IMG/VR virus record: IMGVR_UViG_3300049846_002130
Span: 119,529 to 183,528 of that record
Direction: 5' to 3' (one strand)
Source of the DNA: a virus
Length of the DNA: 64,000 nt
Of the stretch, positions 56,810-64,000 are shown piece by piece. The position numbers were made by a program, and so were the translations under genes. Within the stretch, counting starts at the first letter, position 1; the number at the start of each line of letters is the position of its first letter. The notes below the pieces were generated by a model, which did not search any database, was not told the origin of the DNA, and saw nothing but the letters and a program-made list of their open reading frames with translations.

Positions 56810-57985
56810 TATGTTTTTGAGTAGGGAATATAACCACCCCGTCTATCGGATTTGCCGTCCTCTTTACAAAGGATAGGCTCCCAGACCCGTTCCGGACTCT
56901 ATGTTGTACCTGACTTTACTAACGTCAATTAATCTGGCCTACAACAATAAAGACCGATTAACCAATGTGGCGGTAGTAAAGCAACTATATTTGGTCTGAG
57001 TTTCACAGACACTTAATACTTGCTAAAGCAAGTACTGGCTCTGACGCTTGGAGGCCAATCCATTTAATACTCATTGGAGCTTACCCTTGAGAGCGGCCCT
57101 AGCAAATATAGTCTAGATTAATTAGCTACTATTAAGCTATTGGATCCTTTAATAACTAATCAACCATATGAGAGGTTTTTATTATCTTCTTTTATTCTAG
57201 ATAACTTAGAGCCTGGGCCAGGCATAAATACCCCGCTTACTACAAAGGTAGTAAGCTTTAATAATTGCAGGAGACCTCTCTTAACCTTGCTAGTGTGCCA
57301 TTTGATATGTAGTTGGCTCTACTTAATATGATTACTATTAAGGCTAGTAACCTTGCCTTTACAGATTCGTTTTATCTGCCTATCTACTTGTCGTCAATAA
57401 GAGTAAAACTAACACGGATGATTCACCGGATAGGTCGATGTCCATCGGGATTAGTTAATTTATCTTATATCCCCTGTGGCTTTAGAAGGCCACATCCCAA
57501 AGGGTCCCAGCAGAGAGTATGAGTCAGGCCGGCTGGATAGGCATTATCCGCAATAAGCTTTAGATATCTCAATATCTAAGGTTGCCGCCTTAGTATCTTG
57601 ATAACTACAGCTTATTAACCCCTTGAAGTACGATTAACTAGCGTACTCTAGGTATAGCTTGAAGGACTATACAGCCTGATGAGCAAATGGAGGTCCAGGA
57701 GTACTAAGTACCAGTAGCTTCTGCTACTACACTTTAATATGTTATTGCCTTCCCGGACCGCAATACATCGTTTTACTTCTTAGATAACAGTAACAATAAA
57801 TAATTTAGAAGCTTATCGATGACTTTATAGCCACTTATCTAGCTACTAGTGTTTTGATAGGAAGATAGACACTACTATCATGCACATTCAATCGTTTCGG
57901 TAGCTAATCCTTATCGATTACTTCATAGACAGGCGCAAGCGTCCTCTACTAGATAGGTATAGATGCATTCCAGCGGGTGTTACCT
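56810..57985. ncRNA. large structured non-coding RNA candidate
   Basis: about 1.15 kb without a convincing ORF, many hairpins, within a tRNA-rich region. Confidence 0.55.
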
Positions 57986-58034
57986 CAAGCGATCAAATTG
58001 AGGCAGACTAAGTCCTATCATCTCAGGCGTCCTG

Positions 58035-58490
58035 TCAAGGACGCTCAATACCAGTAGCATCTCTAAGGTCGGCCCCCTGGAGGTTGGCCCCCTGGAAGTT
58101 GGCCCTCTGGAGGCTGGCCCCTCGGAGGTTGGCCCCCTGGAGGTCAGCCTCCTGGAGGTTGGCCTCCTGGAGGCTGGCCCCTCGGAGGTTGGCCCCCTGG
58201 AGGTTGGCCCCCTGGAAGTTGGCCCTCTGGAGGTTGGCCCTCTGGAGGTTGGCCCCCTGGAGGTTGGCCCCTCGGAGGTCAGCCCCCCGGAGGTCAGCCA
58301 CCAGGAGGTCAGCCCCCTGGAGGTTGGCCCCCCGGAGGTCAGCCCCCCGGAGGTCAGCCCCCTGGAGGTCAGCCCGCTGGGGTGCAGTTCCTTCCTCGAC
58401 AGGATGGGCTTCGAAGCCTTGGCTTCGAAGCCAAGCTTGGTGAGGCCCGTACCAAGGGAAGCGGGCCATGAGGTTGGTATAATCAATCAT
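58035..58490 (-). CDS. pentapeptide repeat protein
   Basis: A(D/N)L(Q/R)G repeats encoded by 15-bp tandem repeats. Confidence 0.9.
   Translation of the reverse strand: MIDYTNLMARFPWYGPHQAWLRSQGFEAHPVEEGTAPQRADLQGADLRGADLRGANLQGADLLVADLRGADLRGANLQGANLQRANLQRANFQGANLQGANLRGASLQEANLQEADLQGANLRGASLQRANFQGANLQGADLRDATGIERP
58070..58375. repeat. 15-bp tandem repeat (GGAGGTTGGCCCCCT-like), coding
   Basis: directly visible; encodes pentapeptide repeats. Confidence 0.85.
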
Positions 58491-58518
58491 AGAATCTCCT
58501 AAAGATATTAATTTCTAG

Positions 58519-58591
58519 TGGATCCGGTGGAAATCGAATCCACCTCAAACGGCTTGCAAGGCTGTTTCGCCCCCTTGGTACATGCGGACCC
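58519..58591 (-). tRNA. tRNA-Cys(GCA), atypical
   Basis: GGGTCCG/CGGATCC, loop CTTGCAA, T-arm GTGGA TTCGATT TCCAC, A73. Confidence 0.75.
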
Positions 58592-58597
58592 ATTAAG

Positions 58598-58669
58598 TAC
58601 TTCCGAGGGTAGTCGAAACCCTGTTGCATGGATGAAAACCATGAGTCCTGACCGCTAGACGACGGAAGC
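58598..58669 (-). tRNA. tRNA-Glu(TTC)
   Basis: loop TTTTCAT, D-arm GTC..GAC, T-arm AGGGT TTCGACT ACCCT. Confidence 0.85.
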
Positions 58670-58748
58670 AAAAGTTAGAAAACCTAGACTATCACAAGTA
58701 CTAGGTTTTTATATTAAGCTCTGATATATAGACTTAATAACTAAATTG

Positions 58749-58823
58749 TTGGGGGATTAGGCTTCGAAACCTAATTATCTAAGCATGTCTTGCTCAAGTT
58801 AGAGTGATCAACCTCTATCCCCA
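58749..58823 (-). tRNA. degenerate tRNA-like element
   Basis: TGGGGAT...TCCCCCA ends, TTAGG TTTCGAAG CCTAA arm; no canonical anticodon loop. Confidence 0.35.
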
Positions 58824-58928
58824 AACTATAGCCATAAAATCACAGCAGTTACTACTAAGGCTACTAAATAACTTAGCAATACACCAAGCACAAAACCAAA
58901 GATAATGGTTAAAAGCTTTTGCATGGCT

Positions 58929-59111
58929 TTAGGAACACCTATTAAAGACAACCTTAGCAAGAGCAAGATCATCATCAGTGGCACAGAACTTAAGAATCAT
59001 AACCTCTGTTCCAGGAAGAAGATCAGCTAAAAGCTTAACTTCATTTTCATGAATAACTAACACTGGATAGATATTAGGAACAAAAGGAGCGACACAGGTA
59101 TCATTAGGCAT
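58929..59111 (-). CDS. hypothetical protein
   Basis: ORF track. Confidence 0.5.
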   Translation of the reverse strand: MPNDTCVAPFVPNIYPVLVIHENEVKLLADLLPGTEVMILKFCATDDDLALAKVVFNRCS

Positions 59112-59114
59112 CTA

Positions 59115-59738
59115 TCACCTCATAGTATCTAGTGGAATATGAAACTTTTGTTTACTATTTGAATTCTTCCAGCAATGGCTAGTTCCACCATCTTTAGGGG
59201 TTGTCGCATCAATACCCCAAGTAAAGGCATAAAGCCTATCAAGGTTCTTACCAACCTGAAGGTTTCGGTAATGAAGTGGAGAAGCTTTATAGTCTTCTGG
59301 TGGATAATGAACGCTAAAGATTGCACCTTTCTCAATTGCCCATGCAATACCAGCCATAGTATTAGCTTGCATCACGTCACTAAATCTACGATGGTAATAA
59401 TTTAAGGTTCCGCCTGGATTTTTATTGAAATCAACAGTCCCGTCATCTACATATCCAGGAATAGAAGACTTTAGAGACCAAAACCAGTTATCCATGTTAT
59501 CAATATGAAACTGACAGGGAGCATGAATCTGCAATGAGGCTGCCTTGCCAGCTAAGAACAAACTAACAGCAAGATGGTCACTAAAAGCAGCACCACCACT
59601 GATTAAGTTTCTTTCAGAAACAGGGGTGTCTGCCAGTAGTACCTGGTCTAGATGATGAAAGCAGTTTACATAGATCTGCTTTGTCCATTTAGTAGCATCT
59701 ACTCCTCTACCTGCACTACCAATAATACCAATAAACAT
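59115..59738 (-). CDS. SLOG-superfamily (YspA/DprA-like nucleotide-binding) protein
   Basis: IGIIGSAGR, ISGGA..SD.LA, RN..V, AF...GGT. Confidence 0.6.
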   Translation of the reverse strand: MFIGIIGSAGRGVDATKWTKQIYVNCFHHLDQVLLADTPVSERNLISGGAAFSDHLAVSLFLAGKAASLQIHAPCQFHIDNMDNWFWSLKSSIPGYVDDGTVDFNKNPGGTLNYYHRRFSDVMQANTMAGIAWAIEKGAIFSVHYPPEDYKASPLHYRNLQVGKNLDRLYAFTWGIDATTPKDGGTSHCWKNSNSKQKFHIPLDTMR

Positions 59739-59939
59739 TGGTCACCTCATTGCAGATAGCTCGTCAGAGCTACTAAGCAACCTAGGTATGAGTCGGATCA
59801 GTCCACTTACGACGATTAGTCCAGTAGTAAGTACTCTGTCTATTAAGACAATGGTTACCTAATAGGCCAAGCCCAATGGTAATAACTGCAACAGCAGCAC
59901 ACCAGACAATGAACATTTTATCTGCAGGCATAAAACCTC

Positions 59940-60671
59940 CTAGAATGAACTACAGTAGGTTCCTTCACTTTGACACCAGAAGTGAGTCCACAAGCGATTG
60001 AATCTAAAGCCATTATTAGTCTTTCGATCAAATAGAACATCCCACTCTCTATTACGATCGGGAGCATAAACTACATTGCCAGTATTCCAATATACACTTC
60101 TGGCTTCCAAATAAGAACCTTCCCAAAGCTGAATGGCACCCCATGCATCTTGAGATACATTATCATAAATAGCTCCATGAATAATGTATAGGTCACTATT
60201 AGTAAGCTCAATAACAGATGTTTCTGGTAAGTAGTTATTAGTGTAGATCGTATCTACAAGTAGTCCTTGACTATCAATTAAAATAGTGGGGTTACTCTGC
60301 CAAGTGACCTCTACATGATTTAACAACAAGTTACTGTCCTGGGCCACAATTTCAGTGTTATAAGCCTTAAGGTTCATTAACTTAAGAGTAGCGTCAGTCA
60401 CTCTAATATAGCCGCTTAAAACAGTATCTGCGTGTCCAGAAATGGTCAAATCATGATCAACTTCAAGATCATAAAATACACCATCACAAAGGACTAGCAT
60501 ATCAGTTTCACTTGCTTGAGACTGAAGATCTCCGTCCCAACAAGTACTGGTAGTAGTATGAATAGTAGGTGTAGTAGAAACTACATTCACTGCTTCATTA
60601 GAGACAGTAGGTTTCTTAGTTACATCAACATCAATTGGAGAATTAGAGCAAGCAATTAACAGCCACATCAT
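59940..60671 (-). CDS. putative lipoprotein with beta-helix-like region
   Basis: MWLLIAC signal; repeating beta/Asn pattern, GGA-like motifs. Confidence 0.6.
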   Translation of the reverse strand: MMWLLIACSNSPIDVDVTKKPTVSNEAVNVVSTTPTIHTTTSTCWDGDLQSQASETDMLVLCDGVFYDLEVDHDLTISGHADTVLSGYIRVTDATLKLMNLKAYNTEIVAQDSNLLLNHVEVTWQSNPTILIDSQGLLVDTIYTNNYLPETSVIELTNSDLYIIHGAIYDNVSQDAWGAIQLWEGSYLEARSVYWNTGNVVYAPDRNREWDVLFDRKTNNGFRFNRLWTHFWCQSEGTYCSSF

Positions 60672-60685
60672 AACCTCCTATTAAA

Positions 60686-60717
60686 TGGTGGGCACGGAGA
60701 GATTCTAACCCCTAACC
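60686..60717 (-). pseudogene. isolated tRNA 3' fragment (T-arm, acceptor strand, ACCA)
   Basis: GGTT AGGGG TTAGAAT CTCTC CGTGCCC A CCA. Confidence 0.6.
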
Positions 60718-60762
60718 ATACAAGTAGTTGAAAATAACTAATTAATTAAGTTAGAATTAGAG

Positions 60763-60836
60763 TGAGAACGACAGGACTCGAACCTGTATAATCCACTTAC
60801 GGTACTTTGATTAGAAGGCAAAGCCGATACGTTCCC
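60763..60836 (-). tRNA. D-armless tRNA-Arg(TCT)-like RNA
   Basis: GGGAACG/CGTTCTC, loop CTTCTAA, T-arm ACAGG TTCGAGT CCTGT; only TATCGG in place of the D-arm. Confidence 0.6.
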
Positions 60837-60845
60837 AGGAGTCTT

Positions 60846-61463
60846 ATGAATTGTTTAAACTGTAATAAGGAAACAACAAATCCTAAATATTGTAGCAAAT
60901 CTTGTTCTGCTAAGATAAACGGAAAGCTATTTCCTAAACGCAAACTTAAAAACTTATGTAGTCGTTGTAAGAATATTAGAGATACTTATACCTCATCCCT
61001 ATGTAAGAGTTGTAGAGCTCAAGGTATTCATATTGGAAATCCAAAAGGAAATTCTAATATTTCTATTGAGCGGCTGAAAAGTATTTCGGTTAATGAAACA
61101 ACTAAAAAATGCCCAAGCTGTAAAGAAATATTGCCGCTTATGCAATTTTATATTCGTCGAGGATTTCGAACTCATTCTTACTGCCGAACATGTGTTTTAA
61201 AACAAACTTCAGATCGGCAAAAGAACTTTAAACTAATGTGCGTTGAATACAAAGGTGGGAAATGTATTTTTTGTGGATATAATCGATGTGTCCAAGCTAT
61301 GGACTTTCATCATTTAGATCCATCTCAAAAAGATTTCGCAGTTTCACAAAGAAAGTCTTTAGCATTTACAGATGTAGTAAGAGCTGAACTAGATAAATGT
61401 GCTTTACTATGTGCTACTTGTCATCGAGAAGTACATGCGGGAGTAATAACTCTTATGCCTTAG
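60846..61463 (+). CDS. HNH endonuclease with N-terminal Zn-finger repeats
   Basis: CxxC repeats; KGGKC..CGY...DFHHLDP..KDF...ELDKC.LLCATCHREVH; start reset to ATG 60846. Confidence 0.85.
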   Translation: MNCLNCNKETTNPKYCSKSCSAKINGKLFPKRKLKNLCSRCKNIRDTYTSSLCKSCRAQGIHIGNPKGNSNISIERLKSISVNETTKKCPSCKEILPLMQFYIRRGFRTHSYCRTCVLKQTSDRQKNFKLMCVEYKGGKCIFCGYNRCVQAMDFHHLDPSQKDFAVSQRKSLAFTDVVRAELDKCALLCATCHREVHAGVITLMP

Positions 61464-61474
61464 GCTACGCGCCC
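61456..61474 (-). pseudogene. isolated tRNA 5' fragment (GGGCGCG TA GCCTAAGGCA)
   Basis: acceptor strand complementary to the fragment at 60686. Confidence 0.55.
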
Positions 61475-61603
61475 TAAAAAGATGGTGTATCTTTATCTTC
61501 TGGATTTATTGGTTTCTTAGGTTGTTCTAGGCTCCACTTCAAAAGTATATAAACCATACAACCTAATAATAAGATAGCTCCTGTAAAAAAATCCATATAG
61601 TAC

Positions 61604-61963
61604 CTAATTAAAAGTAGATTCAACTGCCGTCATTAGTTCTTTAACATTATCAGAACTACCAATAACCTGAAGTTTATTGTTCTTCCAGATCTTAGCTGTC
61701 CAGATAGACTCATTTTTCCATACTAGTCCCATTAGCTCATGACTACCTGCCATGCCATAGGACCAATAGTATTCTGCATGTCTAGTCCAACTAGGAATTG
61801 GTTTGGTAACTGTAACCGGCTTAATAGCTACAAGTGCTTTATTAGCACAAGAAACTGCTGTTACTACCACTACAATATTTGAAATGGTGAACAGAATCAC
61901 GTACAAAAGTACAAATAAATTTAAGTAAGTAAAGGTATTAATAAATGAACTTAAATTACTCAT
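61604..61963 (-). CDS. membrane-anchored hypothetical protein
   Basis: N-terminal TM. Confidence 0.55.
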   Translation of the reverse strand: MSNLSSFINTFTYLNLFVLLYVILFTISNIVVVVTAVSCANKALVAIKPVTVTKPIPSWTRHAEYYWSYGMAGSHELMGLVWKNESIWTAKIWKNNKLQVIGSSDNVKELMTAVESTFN

Positions 61964-61977
61964 TTGTACTCCAAAAG

Positions 61978-62051
61978 TTGAAGCGGCACGACTCGAACGT
62001 GCAATTAGACAGCTTCAAAGGCTGTTACCATACCAATTAGGTGACGCTTCA
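61978..62051 (-). tRNA. tRNA-Gln(TTG)
   Basis: TGAAGCG/CGCTTCA, loop CTTTGAA. Confidence 0.85.
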
Positions 62052-62159
62052 ATAACTAAATTAAGGGCTCGACCTATATTTCAAAGTCGAGCCCATGGAT
62101 CTTATCGCTGTTAAATCCATTTAGAGGTGATTTAAGCGACCTCGTGGTGAGATGATTGG

Positions 62160-62236
62160 TGGTGGGCCCTCGGTGATTTGAACACCGGCCTTCATGCTTA
62201 TGAGGCACGCACTCTAACCAACTGAGTTAAGGGCCC
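62160..62236 (-). tRNA. tRNA-CAT, probably Ile2 (lysidine) type, CCA encoded
   Basis: GGGCCCT TA ACTC..., loop CTCATAA, A73; resembles bacterial tRNA-Ile2 rather than initiator. Confidence 0.85.
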
Positions 62237-62308
62237 ATTAAAATTACATTTTACAAACTTGTTCTAAGTACTATAGCTTTAGTATACTCCTTAAAGGAGC
62301 AGCTATGA

Positions 62309-62557
62309 ATGATCCTGGCGGGCCAAGTACTAGCACTATTCATTACTGGAGCAGTCGAGTATGCCTTGGCTGCCGCATGGACGGAGTCTGTGAGTCGTAA
62401 ACATGCTACTGCATGTGCAGGAATTAGCTTTGTAAACGTTATGATTTGGGGAACTGTTGTTACCTACGTATCTACAGGTGGTTGGCCAGCACTTGTAGCA
62501 CATGCATTAGGTTGTGCAGCTGGTGCTTGGCTTACTGTTAAATATAACAGTAAATAA
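62309..62557 (+). CDS. small three-TM membrane protein
   Basis: hydrophobic helices; GGAG RBS. Confidence 0.6.
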   Translation: MILAGQVLALFITGAVEYALAAAWTESVSRKHATACAGISFVNVMIWGTVVTYVSTGGWPALVAHALGCAAGAWLTVKYNSK

Positions 62558-62558
62558 A

Positions 62559-62881
62559 TGGGCCGTATAGGATTCGAACCTATGACCTCGGGCTTAACGT
62601 CACTGCACTTAGTTTCCTAAGCTACCTTAAAGGCTTGCAGTGCTGGACTATATCATCACCTTCACCTTAAGTGGTCAGGTGCTGTACGTGTAGTCTCTGA
62701 GGACTCTCTGCTAATGCAGGTTGCCTGCTGATTGTCCAATCCATTAAATTTTTACGTTTAGGCACGTATTAATGGCTCTAAGGAGTTTCCAGCATATAGT
62801 ACAGTTCATTTACTATATTTCTATAGTAACGCTCTTATTACACGTTTAAGGCCCTCGCTCTACCAACTGAGCTAACAGCCC
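62559..62881 (-). tRNA. tRNA-Lys(TTT) interrupted by a group I intron
   Basis: exon 1 62881-62848 and exon 2 62597-62559 join into a cloverleaf with loop CTT|TTAA. Confidence 0.85.
62598..62847 (-). mobile_element. group I self-splicing intron (250 nt, no ORF)
   Basis: P TGCTGGAAACTCC, Q AATCAGCAG, R TCAGAGACTAC, S GATATAGTCC, terminal G. Confidence 0.9.
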
Positions 62882-62905
62882 CTAACTACCCTCTCACCGG
62901 TCCCG

Positions 62906-63106
62906 TCAGGGACCGAGATGTGGACCAATTGTGTTAACTACATACCAGCAGAATCCTACAAAAACTATAGCTACTACGGGCACAAACATCGAAATTAAAT
63001 CAGGATATTCATTAATAGATACAGCCATTGCAACAGGAGCCCAAATAATTAATGATACAGCACCAATAATACCACAAATAAGAGCTACTAAAAAAATGAA
63101 TAACAT
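62906..63106 (-). CDS. small two-TM membrane protein
   Basis: hydrophobic helices. Confidence 0.55.
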   Translation of the reverse strand: MLFIFLVALICGIIGAVSLIIWAPVAMAVSINEYPDLISMFVPVVAIVFVGFCWYVVNTIGPHLGP

Positions 63107-63165
63107 TAGTCCTCATTATTACGTAGGTTACTTAGTTTATAACCTGCTAGAGTTAAAATCTCATA

Positions 63166-63357
63166 TCAAGGATCGCCGTGGTATGGAAAAGTGGTGAGTT
63201 GCATGACATGAAAGACATCATACCAAGCGGCAAAAGCCATAACACCAGAAAACATAAACAGAAGCAGATGAATTAATCTATTTTTATTTGAAACTAAAAA
63301 CGAGTAAAGATAACAACAAGTTGCTAATATCCAAAGCAATGTAAGAGCGATATTCAT
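63166..63357 (-). CDS. small two-TM membrane protein
   Basis: hydrophobic helices. Confidence 0.55.
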   Translation of the reverse strand: MNIALTLLWILATCCYLYSFLVSNKNRLIHLLLFMFSGVMAFAAWYDVFHVMQLTTFPYHGDP

Positions 63358-63359
63358 AT

Positions 63360-63539
63360 TTACTCCTGTTCAGTAATAGCTAGCTGACGTTGAGTGCGAC
63401 GATTCTGTCGCTTAGCAAGCTTATGCTTATAGATAGCTGTTCTACCACGCCATGTAGCTGGAGTACCACCAGCCTTAAAATGTTGCTTACGAAGTTCACC
63501 TTTAATGCCTCGTAAGATTTTGTTTTTAAGTTTGGCCAT
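63360..63539 (-). CDS. 59-aa highly basic protein (MAKLKNK...GGTPATWRGR...)
   Basis: read manually; GGAG RBS; below the ORF-track cutoff. Confidence 0.6.
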   Translation of the reverse strand: MAKLKNKILRGIKGELRKQHFKAGGTPATWRGRTAIYKHKLAKRQNRRTQRQLAITEQE

Positions 63540-63784
63540 AGTAACTCCTATTACTTAGATGGTGTCCAATCAGCTATTTAAATAGCTTGTTCATATGAAC
63601 TGCAATCTACACAGATTACCATTTACCTATGATTAGCAATACGAATGATAAGCAATCAGTTGAAAAGGTTCAGTGAAGTTAAGGTAAAGATTGTGGGTTT
63701 TGTAACCAACCCTCCACATTTTCCCTTGAAAACCATTAACGCGGGCTCGAAAGAGCCACGGTAAATCTGAGTATGGATTAAACA

Positions 63785-64000
63785 TTAGTCAATAGCTCCT
63801 TCAAGGTCAGCTCCCTGGAGGTTAGCTCCCTGGAGGTCAGCTCTCTGGAGATCAGTTCTCTGGAGGTTGGCCCCCTGGAGGTCAGCCCCCTGGAGGTAGG
63901 CGTCCCGAAGGTAGGCATCTTGGAGGTTGACATCTTGGAGGTTGGCATTCTGAAGGTAGGCCCACCGGAGGTAGGCCCTCTGGAGGTTAGCCCCCCAGAG
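63785..64000 (-). CDS. pentapeptide repeat protein (5' end outside window)
   Basis: ANLQ/AYLR/ADLQ repeats ending EGAID*. Confidence 0.85.
   Translation of the reverse strand, partial: LWGANLQRAYLRWAYLQNANLQDVNLQDAYLRDAYLQGADLQGANLQRTDLQRADLQGANLQGADLEGAID

Noticed and set aside
56643-57522. Plus-strand ORFs 56643..56876, 57140..57331 and 57313..57522
   Set aside because: They overlap a tRNA-like gene or the structured block, lack clear RBS and look non-protein-like
55820-57985. tmRNA or RNase P RNA in the non-coding blocks
   Set aside because: No tRNA-like termini with tag ORF and no GAGGAAAGUCC-type core found by eye
57980-58486. Alternative-frame repeat ORFs (PTSRG and RLAPW repeats)
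   Set aside because: Other readings of the same 15-bp repeat; only the A(D/N)L frame matches a known fold and has an RBS
1-64000. CRISPR array or stop-codon reassignment
   Set aside because: No repeat-spacer periodicity; conserved enzymes are full length in the standard code and no convincing suppressor tRNA was found

Overview
AT-rich, gene-dense segment of a large (jumbo-type) bacteriophage genome. Most genes are on the minus strand, and there is no sign of a non-standard genetic code. It encodes nucleotide metabolism (class Ia ribonucleotide reductase, dUTPase, family-4 UDG), a plus-strand block of probable virion proteins (about 11.4-12.8 and 19.3-32.6 kb), truncated AAA+ chaperones (Lon-like, ClpB-like), and several NAD/ADP-ribose/alarmone hydrolase-type enzymes. 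The most distinctive content is a tRNA-centred toolkit: Ro60/TROVE, a YrlA-like Y RNA candidate, a DRB0094-type RNA ligase, a CCA-adding-like nucleotidyltransferase, MnmA, TilS and a deaminase. There are about a dozen tRNA genes, several with compensated changes at normally invariant positions, plus several tRNA-like RNAs. tRNA-Lys(UUU) carries a group I intron. At two loci, complementary tRNA acceptor halves bracket an HNH gene. A hairpin-rich stretch of about 1.15 kb with no convincing ORF may be a large non-coding RNA. All calls come from reading motifs and base-pairing by eye; no database search was run.
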